Assembly (NCBI GenBank): GCA_002269645.1
Contig: NIVC01002238.1
Location: 1-64,000, forward strand
DNA: 64,000 bases
Direction: 5' to 3'
From: Macrostomum lignano
Lineage: Eukaryota
Shown piece by piece: positions 1 to 43,829 of the stretch (position 1 is the first letter of the stretch; every line of letters begins with the position of its first letter). The notes below the pieces were generated by a model, which saw only the letters and a program-made list of their open reading frames with translations, did no database searches and was not told where the DNA came from. Made by a program: the position numbers and the translations under genes.

Positions 1-364
1 CAATAGTATTTCCAGTTTTTTAGCACCCCAACAAACTGAATTTGTCTGTACTAATGACATCTGAATTTATCTAGTCTGTAACTTTTCATAACCGCGATAA
101 CGTAATTATTGTTACGTTTTTTCTCTCCCAAGCCTCGACCGCAGCTTCTGCACTTTAACATACAATTGCGTTATTGATATAATATATGCCATACGCCTGA
201 TAGCAAAGAATGCCCCCGACCCGCAAAGCACTCATTAAGCGTCTTTTAGTTGAAATTGTCCGGCATAAAAAATACATAATTTTTGTCAAACAAAGAATTC
301 TTTTATTAAATTGTAACCTAATTAAATTATAGTGAGGTTTCTTCAATAAGGAATTGTTTATTTC

Positions 365-665
365 CAACCAGTTGCGTTTCCAGTACACCTGCCCCAATCG
401 GGCCAGATGTGCAACCGACAGCTCAGCCGCAGCTATTTGCACGGCGCATCTGAAGGCTGCGTACGGCTGTCCAGTCCATGGACTGGGAGGTCGCCACACA
501 CCCTCAATTACCCCAGCTAATGCTGGCACCCATTTTACAGCTGGGTGAACTGAAGCAATGCAGAGTTGAGTGTCTTGCTCAAGGACACAAATTGTTTCAG
601 TGGGATCGGGAATCGAACCCCCGACCTTTAAGACTACAACCCCAAAAGTGCATCCAATTGGGATG
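365..665 (-). mobile_element. tRNA-derived SINE with CORE-like central domain
   Basis: Minus strand reads GGTTCGATTCCC (Pol III B-box, 608-619) then TGTGTCCTTGAGCAAGACACTCAACTCTGCATTGCTTCAGTTCACCCAGCTGTAAAATGGG (529-589), which resembles the CORE-SINE domain; GC-richer than its AT-rich flanks. Ends approximate. Confidence 0.65.
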
Positions 666-1532
666 CCCTTTATCAAAAGCTAAACTACGACAGTAATGCA
701 AGGAAAAAAATAAGTAAAGACAGGGCTAATTACAAGGTTGAATTAATAATTAGTACGAGTCGTAATTATAGTTATTAAAATTTTCTAAGCTGGCACAATA
801 GCAATTATCCAATATGAAAATAGTGCAGCGATTGATTATGTATATTATGGACACGAAAAACTTTAACAGGATGGAACACTGAATAACAGACACAGGCGGT
901 ACATCCATGCACACGTAACAATGTAACATGGTTAATAGGCTCGCGCGGCACAAGTTATTTTTTAGTCAGCTAATTCACACCTGAGCAGCGAAGCACAAAA
1001 TGCCAATCTACATATTATTGAATTATTCAGAGACGAGATTGAACTGTAAAATTTAGCAGCAGCAAATTAGTAGCCTTGTGTGTATATAGTTAGCGACTGT
1101 TTCACCATGCTCAATAGAAACTACATCGTTAGATTAGTACACCTAAAAGTACATTACTTAAAAGCTACGAGTGTAATCTAAAATATACGTTTATTACACT
1201 AGAATTAAATATTTAAAGTACATTAAACCAGACTTACACATTTAAAGTACATTAGACTAAAAGCTAAACTACAATAGAAGTACATTGAACAAATTGTATT
1301 TATACACGGTTTTCGTACGTACTACATTCTGTTCAGAAAAAGTACATACTGATCTAGATATACAAGTATACATTCAATGCGTATGGTTGAAATTAAAATA
1401 AAATAAGCTTTGATTTACAAAACGCCAGGCTACATAAATACAGATCTAAGCATTATTAATTCAACAACAACAAACATGATCGATTAATTCCCAGATGCAG
1501 CGAAGCAAACATGTCAGATGCTAAACCTGCTA

Positions 1533-2072
1533 TTACTGCTGCTGCTGCTGCTGCTGTTGCTGAGGCCGAAGATAGTCCAGCCTAGCCAGCACCTCGGGTG
1601 CGCCCTCCTTGTACCGTTTAACAATAGTCCAGTGTCCGCTGGCGTAGTCCATTTGAAAATACTGATCCGCAATGACGTCTTTGTAGACTCGCTGATTCTG
1701 ATCGAACACGCGCTCTTTGTATTCGGACAGGTGAATTCGAACCAGGTGGCCGAGCTCGGGGGTTAAATTAGTCCTATTGCCGCCAATAAAAGCCAATATG
1801 ACTGATTTCTCCGGCTTAGTGAGCTTGTTGGCCGTGGCGAATAGCTCGGCGGCAGTTCGGCTCTGCTCTGGCGTCAGCTGGACAGACAGGGAGGCGGCCG
1901 CTTGGTGCGGCGTCTGGTGCTGGAGATGCTGCTGTTGCTGCTGTTGCTGCGGCGGCTGGTGCTGGAGCTGCTGCTGTTGCTGTTGCTGCGGCTGCTGCTG
2001 CGGCTGCTGCATCGCGTAAGGTCGATTGACCAGCTGCACAACCGTGATGTTGTTTGGCGCTGCAGACGCAGT
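1533..2072 (-). CDS. NELFA: NELF-A exon 5 (C-terminal domain, polyQ, stop)
   Basis: TTTTCAG|ACT acceptor; conserved NELF-A C-terminal domain; TAA at 1533-1535. Confidence 0.92.
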   Translation of the reverse strand, partial: TASAAPNNITVVQLVNRPYAMQQPQQQPQQQQQQQLQHQPPQQQQQQQHLQHQTPHQAAASLSVQLTPEQSRTAAELFATANKLTKPEKSVILAFIGGNRTNLTPELGHLVRIHLSEYKERVFDQNQRVYKDVIADQYFQMDYASGHWTIVKRYKEGAPEVLARLDYLRPQQQQQQQQQ

Positions 2073-5000
2073 CTGAAAAGTTAATGGAGTGCCAGCCATG
2101 AATTAGCTGACAGAGTAGGTAGGGTAGCTGACAGAGGAGGTAGGGTAGCTGACGGAGTAGGTAGGGTAGCTGACAGAGTAGGTAGGGTAGCTGACAGAGG
2201 AGGTTGGGTAGCTGACAGAGTAGGTAGGGTAGCTGACAGAGGAGGTTGGGTAGCTGACAGAGTAGGTAGGGTAGCTGACAGAGGAGGTAGGGTAGCTGAC
2301 AGAGTAGGTAGGGTAGCTGACAGAGGAGGTAGGGTAGCTGACAGAGTACGTAGAGTAGCTGACAGAGTAGGTAGGGTAGCTGACAGAGGAGGTAGGGTAG
2401 CTGATAGAGGAGGTAGGGTAGCTGATAGAGGAGGTAGGGTAGCTGATAGAGGAGGTAGGGTAGCTGACAGGAGGTAGGGTAGCTGACAGAGTAGGTAGGG
2501 TAGCTGACGGAGTAGGTAGGGTAGCTGACAGAGGAGGTAGGGTAGCTGACGGAGTAGGTAGGGTAGCTGACAGAGGAGGTAGGGTAGCTGACAGAGTAGG
2601 TAGGCTAGCTGACAGAGTAGGTAGGGTAGCTGACAGAGTAGGTAGGGTAGCTGACAGAGTAGGTAGGGTAGCTGACAGAAAAGACAGTGAAATGTGATTA
2701 GCAGTGAAGGTGTGACAGCGGGCAGACACACAATCGAGCAACAGGTACAACAACATAGGATCACATAATCCAACTCCCCTAAAGACAATCTGGAATAACT
2801 CACAGGCTGGCTGTAGGCAAACAGCGTCGGCTGCTGCATCTGGCCGGCATAGGCTGGCGCGAACGGGAGCAGGTAGCTCGGCGTTGCCGCTGCCGCCGAT
2901 GCACCGGGCGGTTGAGGCTGCGCCGCCTGCTGCTGCACAGGCTGCTGATTCGTCGGCTGAGTCAGCGTCGAGGTACTGGCCGGAGTCAGGCGCAGGGAAG
3001 GCAGCGTCGCTGGAACAACCGACGGCGCGCTGGACGGCGCCGACACCGACACCGTTGCAGTTGACAGGCCGGCAAAATTCGGTGCACCGGCAGGTCCGGA
3101 CGGCGTCAGCATCGGGGAGGACAGATGCGGCAGGCCAGCCGCAGATGCGGGCATCGAGCCGGCCGCATTGGAATTCACGACCGACGATGAGGCAGCAGCG
3201 ACCGCGGCGGCGGAGGCTGCTTGAGCCGCTGCGGCAGCTTCCTCTGCCTCCTTTGCCAGGGCCTGCTGTCTGCAATGGTTGGAGCACCGGATTTGTAAAA
3301 ACTGCAGAGTATTCGCCTCAGTCTTGAAATCTCAGCCGAGCAACTGAGGATCTGGGAGGCTGGCCCAGCAACTGAGGATCTGGGAGGCTGGCCCAGCAAC
3401 TGAGCATCTGGGAGGCTGGCCCAGCAACTGGGGATCTGGGAGGCTGGCCCAGCGACTGAGGATCTGGGAGGCTGGCCCAGCAACTGGGGATCTGGGAGGC
3501 TGGCCCAGCAACTGGGGATCTGGGAGGCTGGCCCAGCAACTGGGGATCTGGGAGGCTGGCCCAGCAACTGGGGATCTGGGAGGCTGGCCCAGCAACTGGG
3601 GATCTGGGAGGCTGGCCCAGCAACTGGGGATCTGGGGGCTGGCCCAGCAACTGAGGATTTGGGGGCTGGCCCAGCAACTAAGGATCAATGAGCTTGAAAC
3701 GCCAGTTAAGCGCTACCCAGAGTCCTTACCTAGCCTCCTCAGCTTCGCGAGCCTGGGCGGCTTTGGCTGCGGCTTCCTCCTTAGCGGCCCGCTCCTCTTG
3801 TCGACGGCGCTCCGCTTCTTCCTGACGCCGACGGGCCTTAGCGGCGCGGCCGATGGCGGGCGGCTCGGACAGCTCAATCAGTTTAGTGGTGCGCTGCTGC
3901 GGCGGCTGCTGCGATAGCTGATGATGCAGGCCGTGCGACCCGCCGACCGGCGTCCCCAGCGGGTGAACGGATGAGCGCTGCCTGGCCAGCAGCTGCAGCG
4001 GCGGCTGGCTCTGCACGGGGCGGCGCATCTGCTCGGTTTGGGCGCATTGGGAGGAAATCAGTGAAAAATGTGATCCATATGTATCTGAGGTGATCCATAG
4101 GTATCTGGGGTGATCCATAAGGTATCTGGGGTGATCCATAAGGTATCTGAGGTGATCCATAAGGTATCTGGGGTGATCCATATGTATCTGAGGTGATCCA
4201 TAAGGTATCTGGGCTGATTCATGAAGTATCTGAGGTGATTCATAGGGTATCTGGGGTGATCCATGAGTATCTGGGGGTCCATAGGGTATCTGGGCTGATT
4301 CATAAGGTATCTGAGGTGATGCATGGGTATCTGGGGTAATCCATAGGTATCTGGGGTGATCCATAGGTATCTGGGGTAATCCATAGGTATCTGGGGTAAT
4401 CCATAGGGTATCTGGGGTAATCCATAGGTATCTGGGGTAATCCATAGGTATCTGGGGTGATCCATAGGTATCTGGGGTAATCCATAGGTATCTGAGGTGA
4501 TCCATAGGTATCTGGGGTAATCCATAGGTATCTGGGGTAATCCATAGGGTATCTGGGGTAATCCATAGGTATCTGGGGTAATCCATAGGTATCTGGGGTG
4601 ATCCATAGGTATCTGGGGTAATCCATAGGTATCTGGGGTAATCCATAGGGTATCTGGGGTAATCCATAGGTATCTGGGGTAATCCATAGGTATCTGGGGT
4701 GATCCATAGGTATCTGGGGTAATCCATAGGTATCTGGGGTAATCCATAGGTATCTGGGGTAATCCATAGGTATCTGGGGTAATCCATAGGTTTCTGGGGT
4801 AATCCATAGGTATCTGGGGTAATCCATAGGTATCTGGGGTAATCCATAGGTATCTGGGGTGATCCATAGGTATCTGGGGTGATCCATAGGTATCTGGGGT
4901 AATCCATAGGTATCTGGGGTAATCCATAGGGTATCTGGGGTGATCCATAGGTATCTAGGGTAATCCATAGGTATCTGGGGTGATCCATAGGTATCTGGGG

Positions 5001-8000
5001 TGCAGTGAGAACACGCGCACACAGCCTGACCTGAGATACCGCTAGCCGATGCCCGCCAGCAGACAGAGACGAATTGGCCGGGCGCCGAACACCAGACGAA
5101 GCGGCAGACGACTCATTAGCCGGCCTATCAGTCTGGTCGTCTTCGTCGAACCAGTTCTTGGCGAAGCTGCGCATCTTAATTGGCGCCGTGTAGCGCCTGC
5201 CGCCGCCTTGGGCGTCGTCTCTTTGCCTGGCCGCTTTCTCCAGTATGACCCCCATAGCAACCACCGAGCGCGGCTTGCGTACAATTACAAAATGTCTCTG
5301 CTGCTGCTGCTGCTGCTGCTGTTGACCGTCTGGACAGCCAAGGTCGGCCAGGACATCCGGATTGACAAATTCCGCCTCCATTGGCAGCGAACTGAGCCGC
5401 CAGGGCCGTTTAGTCTGCACAGCGGTCAGCGCCTCCGACACTAGCGGATTGTCTTCCAGGCCTGTGCGCAGGTAGCCAAGCGATGGCAGAGTGTACAGCA
5501 TGTCGGCTATGGGCCTGACCCAGCTCTCGCTTCCCTCGCTCAGCGCTACATTGAATATTGCATCAATGTGCTCTCGCCACTGCATGGATTGAGATTGAGA
5601 CAATTTTGTACTAATTTGTGCAATTTAGTTTTGGCCTTTGATTTACTGAAATCTTGGATAATTTGATTTACTGATTTACTGATTTACTGAATTCTACCTG
5701 GGTTTTTTTTGTTCATAACTTGGGTGCGATTTTGTACCCTGTGCTAGATTTCAGGGTGCGATTTTCAAGACCAGGATGCGCTGCACTGCTGCAGACAAAA
5801 ACTGGTCTAATACTAATAGTGTTTCAAAGTTTTTGTCCATCCAAACTTGTGCTTACCAATACCAAAATCTAATTGATAGTTGACAATTGCTTTACATTAA
5901 TTAAAGATTCAAAAAATTACTGGCTAATTCTAAGAATACGAAGTTACGGACTTAAGATGTCCATAACAGTAAAACACTAAATTGTAAAACCCACATCACA
6001 TCCTTGCAAAAATTTGGGTGCGCTTTTTGCACCCTGAGTCAAATTTCAGGGTGCGATTTTTAAGACCAGGATGCTATTCGCACCCATTCGCACAAAAAAA
6101 CCCAGTATTCTACTTATAAGTCTATTCTGAGCTTACTAATGATATTGTAGAGCAAATAGGAATGGCAATAAGCACTACTAATTAATTTTAATAGACAGCA
6201 TATTTGCAATAAAATAAAATAAAATAAACTATTATCTAGGGTTGGTTTAAAAAGCAAGGCAAAGAATCAAAATTGATTTTACAAAGCTATTTATTTAGCA
6301 TGGATGCTTTATTAGCAAATGAAAGTTCAACATTGATTTATTGAATATACAATGTATATATCATAATAAAAGCTAACTAACTGTTGAACAAAACTGATCT
6401 TTGTTGGTTTTCTTTAGAATAAAGAACTTCTTTGACAATATGGATTTTAAGTAATATTTTACTTTAAACCCATTGATGCATGACAGAAGCAAAAAGTGCA
6501 ACACATGAGACAAAAGAATGAAAAGGGGCAGAATGATGTGAAAAATAACAATTTGAAAAATTAAAAAAAAAACGGCAAAAATGACAGATAAAGACCAATA
6601 TGAAAACCTAGAAAATAAAATAAATGTCCTGAAATTCTATGCTCAAAGTCTCAAATGACAACTATGTTGCTCCTAAGGGTCATAAATGTGCCATACTTCT
6701 GGCATTGCCACCTGTCAACTAAAACACACAATATTACCCTGCTCTTCAACTGTTGTGTAACATAGCACAGAAAAATATTGAAAATGCAACAGATAGCTGT
6801 CTGTGGTTTGTTAACTTGCTCCAATAGGTACTTTTGCTAAAGCACTATTGTAGCAAATTGGAATATAACTGGCATTAACAAACAGGCAAGATCTAATCTT
6901 TAAGAGAATAGCTTTTGATAAAACTTGTCAATCAAGCAAGAAAGAAAACCAAGCTATTGACATGGCACACAAAATGTGCAACCTTATTTATGTGTTGCTT
7001 AAAAAAAAGAGGTTCAACACAGTGGCATAACCAGGAGGGTGGCTGTGCCTACATTGAGAAAAGACTTGAAAAAATCAAAGGGGGACCAAGCAATTTTTTG
7101 CCAAAAACAGAGCCACCCCCTTTGCCCCTCTCTCTTTACCTTCTGAAAACTGCTCCCCCTTTAAAAAATTTCTGGATTTCTGGTTGCATTACTGCTACTA
7201 GTTAGGTGACTTATTGACTATTGCTAACTTGTTGCCTATTCACATGTTGTAATTGATGCAAAGGTATTAATGTAATAATTAATTACCAAATAGTAATGTT
7301 ATCATGTTTTCTAGTAGTTCTAATTGGTTTTCTATAATACACTCACATGACTTTCTGGACAGCAAAAGTAGTTATATTTATAGACTAACATAGACTATAT
7401 AGAACAAAATATTTAATAAACCAAATATTAAGTCTTTAGTTTTTAATAGACTTATTTAGAAAAATTGTCATATTCAAAATTGTATATACAATGATGACTT
7501 AAACAAATCAGTAAAACTTTAAAATTTAATTGATTACTTTAATAAGCAAGGGCATATGCTGCATACTTATATAATGCACTGAAATTAATGTCTATATTTG
7601 TATTTGCATTGTATTTTTTCTTTAATGTACATATTTTAGGACTTTATATAGGGGTTGGACAATATTGAATTTTTGAGATTTGATATTTTTTGATGATACA
7701 ATATGATATTTGATCAAGATTTTGAGATATTTAGTTTAAATAAGACAAAGCTAAAAACTGAAAATAGCTGTTTTCTTTGTACAACTTTTTATATATTTGA
7801 AAAGCAAAAGTAAACTTTTGTAAAAAAAACATAATTTATTAATTTTGTAAAAAAACAGACATTTTTGGGTGCATCAATTTTCTAAACACTTGGCTAAATC
7901 CCTTAATATGGGTGACACAGAGTTTTTTGGTACTAATTTGATTCAAATTCATTTTTAATTCAATGTGTTTATATCAAAGTCTAGGTAATCTATTGTAATA

Positions 8001-9885
8001 GGGTTTCTTAGAAAAAATTAAATATAAACTTATGCCCAAAATTTATTTTGTTTTACTTTTCTAAATATTTTCTAATAATAGTCTTAAATTATTAAAATAC
8101 AAATTTCAGTTGGTATAAATAGGAGCAAAGTTTAGAAAAAAAACCAACTTGCTCATGAGATTAAATCATTTATAGCTAGTTCAATAATAAGTGTTTGCTA
8201 AATTGTTCTCAGATCTTTTAAAAACATTAAGTATTTTACTAGTAAGATAAGTAAGAGTGTTTTTAAGAAACTTGCCAGAAGGTTGAGAGAAGCTGGGGAA
8301 TTCATGCAAAGGGAGTACTAAGAGTAAGCTCTGTGACCTTCTAATCTTGGTAATGCCTAGACTGGAGAAAAAGTACACATACCAGAAGACTGCTCAGGCC
8401 ATATAATATATGAATGCTACCTGAACCCTACTAAGAATGCTACCAGAATGCTACTAAGAATGCTATCAGAATGATACCAGAGTCAGGAATTAGAAGTTAG
8501 GACTAATAGGATATTCAAAAAAGAATCAGCATTGTTACAACTTTAGTAATAGCAGTGAGATCATTACAGGGGACAGAACAAAACACCTATAACAGCTAGT
8601 GGCTAATCAGTGAGATTGTTTATGCCTATAATAGCTAGTGGCATTGGTAGGATTCTAGAGGGCAGAAGCATCATCCTGTAACACTATGCTATATTCAAAA
8701 TATTGATATTCAAACTAAAGCTCTTTATTTTACTTTATTTTATATCTCAGACTCATGGCACTTTTGAAATTGAGATTTAATTGAGATTTGATTAAGAAAA
8801 CAGTCAAAATCATGAATAATGATAGGAAGATCAAGATCTTATCCAACCTCTATAATTATTATTCTATAATTGTATAAAACCATTTACTTTACTAATTATA
8901 TATTGCAACTATAGTTGTATTTTGTTATATATAAAGTGCTTCTATTTCAAACATGCATTTTAATTATATAGGCCTAAATATGGATTATATTCTAGGGCCT
9001 AATAAGTAAAATATTAAGAAATGAATTTTATTGAATAATCAAATCAACTTTCTTTGAAATAAAATCCAATTGAACAAAAAATATCTTTAAAACCTTAGAA
9101 TAAATTTATTTATATATACTATTATAATAGCTATTAAATAGTATCTTGACTAAGGTTTAAAAATATATATAACGGCTTCTTATTATAGAATTATTAAACT
9201 AATATAATGCAATACAATGTGACACTAAATATTTAGTCAGACAATGAATTTAACTAGGAATAGTCCTAGTCCTAGTCCTAATTACTAAAGTTCTAAGCAG
9301 ATGGTTGCCACAATGAGTTGAGATCATTGCATAGCCAATGTAACACAATATGATAATTTAAGTAAATGCACACAATACAATAATAAGACAATGACAATAT
9401 AGATAATTTAGGCCAAGTTGTTTTCCTCATAACCCATATATGACAATCTTGAATAACAACTTTGGCCAGAACCATTTTTAATCACATTATATTCTATCTA
9501 CATAGCTGTTAGTAATAGTATTAGACTTAGACCATATACATATGCAGAGCTTTTGCTTGCTAAGCTAATGCCAAATTTAATATAGCTAAGCTATATAATT
9601 ATATCATTTATAAAGCATACTCTTAAATAAACAATAATAGGTTACAAAATTAAAACTTACCTGATCAGAGTTTCTTTGTGGCATATTACACAATGCAAGA
9701 AGAAGCTTTGTTTTTAGACATTCTGATAAGTTGCTAAAATTTCCTGAAGAATGAATATCACTCAATGCTTTTAGTTTCTCTTCTGTAAAACAGGCCGTTA
9801 CAGTTGGTGGAATCCAGTAATCAAAGTTGTCACCACCCAATCTCTTATGCCATTCAATGATTTCGTCTGTTGGCTGAGTTGCCAT
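1533..9885 (-). CDS. NELFA: Negative elongation factor A; complement(join(1533..2072,2804..3269,3730..4028,5031..5579,9661..9885)), 692 aa
   Basis: N-term (WHKRLGGDNFDYWIPP..LKTKLLLAL..WVRPIADML..LPMEAEFVN..HFVIVRKPRS) and C-term (LTPEQSRTAAELFATANKLTKPEKSVILAFIGGNR..IHLSE..FQMDYASGHW) match NELF-A conserved domains. All four introns GT-AG, phases 0,0,2,0; total 2079 nt, divisible by 3. Confidence 0.93.
2108..2680. repeat. 21-bp minisatellite (GTAGGGTAGCTGACAGAGTAG) in NELF-A intron 4
   Basis: About 27 copies read directly; explains the SATLPPL/LPYLLCQ ORF periodicity. Confidence 0.95.
2804..3269 (-). CDS. NELFA: NELF-A exon 4
   Basis: Phase-2 acceptor TTGCAG|A, donor CCT|GTGAGT; Ala/Ser/Pro/Gln-rich. 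Confidence 0.82.
3335..3688 (+). repeat. 28-bp dispersed minisatellite, locus 1 (CAACTGAGGATCTGGGAGGCTGGCCCAG)
   Basis: About 12 copies filling NELF-A intron 3. Confidence 0.95.
3730..4028 (-). CDS. NELFA: NELF-A exon 3
   Basis: NAGNAG acceptor (GAGCAG|ATG), donor AG|GTAAGG; charged helical segment. Confidence 0.8.
4070..5002. repeat. 20/21-bp minisatellite (GTATCTGGGGTAATCCATAG) in NELF-A intron 2
   Basis: About 45 copies; occupies nearly the whole intron. Confidence 0.95.
5031..5579 (-). CDS. NELFA: NELF-A exon 2
   Basis: CAG|TGG acceptor, CAG|GTCAGG donor; NELF-C/D-binding N-terminal region. Confidence 0.9.
5698..6105. mobile_element. MITE, probable hAT-type (8-bp TSD)
   Basis: TIRs CTGGGTTTTTTT(T)GT / ACAAAAAAACCCAG; flanks AATTCTAC (5690-5697) and TATTCTAC (6106-6113), 7/8 match; internal ~60-bp direct duplication (5720-5780, 6015-6072). 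Confidence 0.7.
9661..9885 (-). CDS. NELFA: NELF-A exon 1 (MATQPTDEIIEW..RNSDQ)
   Basis: ATG at 9885; donor GTAAGT after 9661; phase 0. Confidence 0.9.
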
Positions 9886-10764
9886 AGTATTTTTTATGAG
9901 GCCTTGAGCCTACTCTAGTCTTAGTAAAGGTGGTTTCACAGAAAATTATAATTTAGGTTGCTCTAAACAGTAGCGCAATAACTTCTACTACTTTGACGTT
10001 TTGGCAGAACTGAGAACTCTGAAGTCTGAACAGACAGAAGATGAATAGTCGATAGAAGTCTGCAATAGATCTGGACTAGGCTTGACGTTTAGTAGAGAAG
10101 TTTATTTATATGGAATTGAATATAGCACTCGAATTCTAAATGCATTATAAAAACCGGTATAAGATTATGAACTATAAATAACAAAATTTTTACTGAACAT
10201 AAGCTGACGTTGAAGTAAAGCTGTAAAAATTTGTACTATTTCCTACAATAACTAAATTCAAAATAATAATCTTACTTCTTTTGCAGAAATTTCAATAAAA
10301 GTGCACACTTAGGGAAAATAAAACTGGAATACAATTTTTACCAAAACGTAACTTTTTTTTAAATATCAAGTTAGTATTGTTAAGTTTAGTAAATTATTCA
10401 GTTTCAGATTTTCTATGAAAGTAAAGGGAAAGCAGTTGATTAGTATTTTTCATCTATTTTCTAGGGAGTGAAGCAACATTTTCGGTTTACTGTGCCACAT
10501 AGCCTTTTACTGAAATGTTACAAGTGTTCTAAAATTTGATTGTTTTCGAGACTGTTGATAGACTACGGATAAGATAAACATAGTTATTATTTTATGTTGC
10601 ATTTTAATATATTTTCACGAAGACAAGAAAATAGGTAAAATGCGACCATATCCACTTAAAACTGAAGAATATAAATTAGAAGTTTAAGACTAAATCTTTT
10701 TCTTTTGTGACTCCAATTCTTAAATTTAAGAATCGAGTACTTGTAGAGGAGAAGGAAAAATCAG
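9886..10764. promoter_or_regulatory. Putative bidirectional promoter between NELF-A and SBF
   Basis: Divergent start codons 879 bp apart; three TGACGT (CRE-like) motifs at 9994, 10083, 10205. TSSs not determinable. Confidence 0.55.
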
Positions 10765-41456
<30,692 letters not shown>

Positions 41457-42617
41457 TAATTAGAACACTAATTAGGTGACGAGGCAGTCTTTTTACTCCC
41501 GCCTTTTACCCATTGAGTTGTTCGATTCAGGTAGCTATTTTGAAGGCCCAGAAAATAGAGTTCAATATCAAACCATCTTGTTAAACAGGGCCAGTATTCT
41601 ATTCTACCGATACCGTTTAGTATTTGTTTTTTGCGCTGCCTATTTTTGGCGGGAATTCAAATTAAACTCGATTTCCTAAGATTGTGTACAAGTATTAGGT
41701 GGCGTGGAATGGCATTGTTGTGTACTACTGGTTGTGCTATTATATATTGAAATTCTTAGCTATTTGAAATTAATGTTGCCTTCGGTCTTGGCCTATGCTT
41801 CTGCTTCCACGAATTGGCTTTCTTTCGAATTGCCGCAGCTTCCTCCATCCGCCCCCTGCCACCTGGCGTTGAGCTTTTTCTGTTTAAAATTTCAACTCTC
41901 CAAAGTTTCTATAATAAATTTATCGGTCACTTTCGCTGTTACTACTTACTTTCAAAATCATTTCAGTAGTAAAAGACGACAGCAATAGCGAATTATAATA
42001 TAATAACTGTTTTGAATGATACTACTGATTTGAAAAGTAGTTGAATAGCGCATATGCAAGTGATCTATTTAGTCATTAGTGTCGGTAACGTGAAGTTACC
42101 AAATAGTGTTTATTTATTGTTATTTTGAGCTTCATTTCCAACCCCGCTTTCGGCTTAGCCTTGCCAGCTCTCACAGCCGCTGCCCGAGGCTTCTGTTTGA
42201 GCTTGTCCTGCTGTAAATAAACACTTCTCTCTGCATATTTCGCTGACTCTTTCAGCTTTCTCTGTGGTTTCGCCTGATAACTGATATTTTATTTTAACAA
42301 TATCGCTTTCGATTACTGCAATACAACCAAGCTGACAGTGCAACTCCTGTGCTTTATTGAATTCTGTTTTTTACTCTCTTTTTCTCACATTTACTCTTTA
42401 ATGTGACTGGGTCTCCTCTATCTGGCGGTGTCAAGCACTTTTTTAGACTTTGCTAAATATTTAATATATTATCATAAATAGATTGATTATTACTGATAGG
42501 ACTGAGTCTGTCTGCGCTTGGCCTGTCATAGATAGGGCGGCTAACCTTAAACATTTTTATACTGAACTGCTTCATGATGAGATCGGGTCCGCACTGCTGA
42601 GTTCTTTGTGTGCTGGG

Positions 42618-43492
42618 CTGCCCAGCAACTGAGGATCTGGGAGGCTGGCCCAGCGACTGAGGATCTGGGAGGCTGGCCCAGCAACTGAGGATCTGGGAGG
42701 CTGGCCCAGCGACTGAGGATCTGGGAGGCTGGCCCAGCAACTGAGGATCTGGGAGGCTGGCCCAGCAACTGAGGATCTGGGAGGCTGGCCTAGCAACTGA
42801 GGATCTGGGAGGCTGGCCTAGCAACTGGGGGTCTGGGAGGCTGGCCTAGCAACTGAGGGTCTGGGTGGATGGCCCAGCAACTGGGGATCTGGGAGGCTGG
42901 CCCAGCAACTGAGGATCTGGGAGGCTGGCCCAGCAACTGAGGATCTGGGAGGCTGGCCCAGCAACTGAGGATCTGGGAGGCTGGCCCAGCAACTGAGGAT
43001 CTGGGAGGCTGGCCTAGCAACTGAGGATCTGGGAGGCTGGCCTAGCAACTGGGGGTCTGGGAGGCTGGCCTAGCAACTGAGGATCTGGGAGGCTGGCCTA
43101 GCAACTGGGGGTCTGGGAGGCTGGCCTAGCAACTGAGGGTCTGGGTGGATGGCCCAGCAACTGGGGATCTGGGAGGCTGGCCCAGCAACTGAGGATCTGG
43201 GAGGCTGGCCCAGCAACTGAGGATCTGGGAGGCTGGCCCAGCAACTGAAGATCTGGTAGGCTGGCCCAGCAACTGAGGATCTGGGAGGCTGGCCCAGCAA
43301 CTGAGGATCTGGGTGGATGGCCCAGCAACTGAGGATCTGGGAGGCTAGGCTGGCCCAGCAACTGAGGATCTGGGTGGATGGCCCGGCAACTGAGGATCTG
43401 GGTGAATGGCCTAGCCAATGGGGATCTGGAATGCTGGCCCAGCAACTGAGGATCTGGGTGGATGGCCTAGCCAATGGGGATCTAGAAGGCTG
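42618..43492 (+). repeat. 28-bp dispersed minisatellite, locus 3 (intergenic, between convergent SBF and ABCG)
   Basis: About 30 copies, degenerating at the 3' end. Confidence 0.95.
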
Positions 43493-43829
43493 GAAGAGGG
43501 GAATGAATAACAAATATGATTCGTTAAACATTGATCGTCTTTACTTCTTGTTCTCCATTCAGAGATGATTATGAGTACTTATGAGCATTTGCTGCCTCAT
43601 CAGCTGATGTTATACATTTATGTCAGTATCGTGTCATAGTGCAGTATCGTGTATAACGAACGATTTCTACGAGTCTTCTGGAAAACTTGTTGGACTGAAC
43701 CATGTGTTCATGCATGTAGAATACGGTGCATGGCTGATTTTTAAGCGAGCTTAAATCCTGCTTTAATACAAAAACAATAGCTGACAATAAGAACGTACAA
43801 ATTAAAATGCACCCAGAATAGACAGTTCG

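Noticed and set aside
600-665. tRNA gene
   Set aside because: B-box present but no full cloverleaf seen; it is the SINE head.
2081-5022. Long repetitive ORFs (SATLPPL, LGQPPRS, PQIPMDYPRYLW)
   Set aside because: Translations of intronic minisatellites; the true NELF-A frame splices around them with good GT-AG sites.
7020-7194. Degenerate hAT-like ends (CAGTGGCATAACCAGG / TCTGGTTGCATTACTG)
   Set aside because: Only about 10/15 TIR match and no TSD; probably an old remnant but unsupported.
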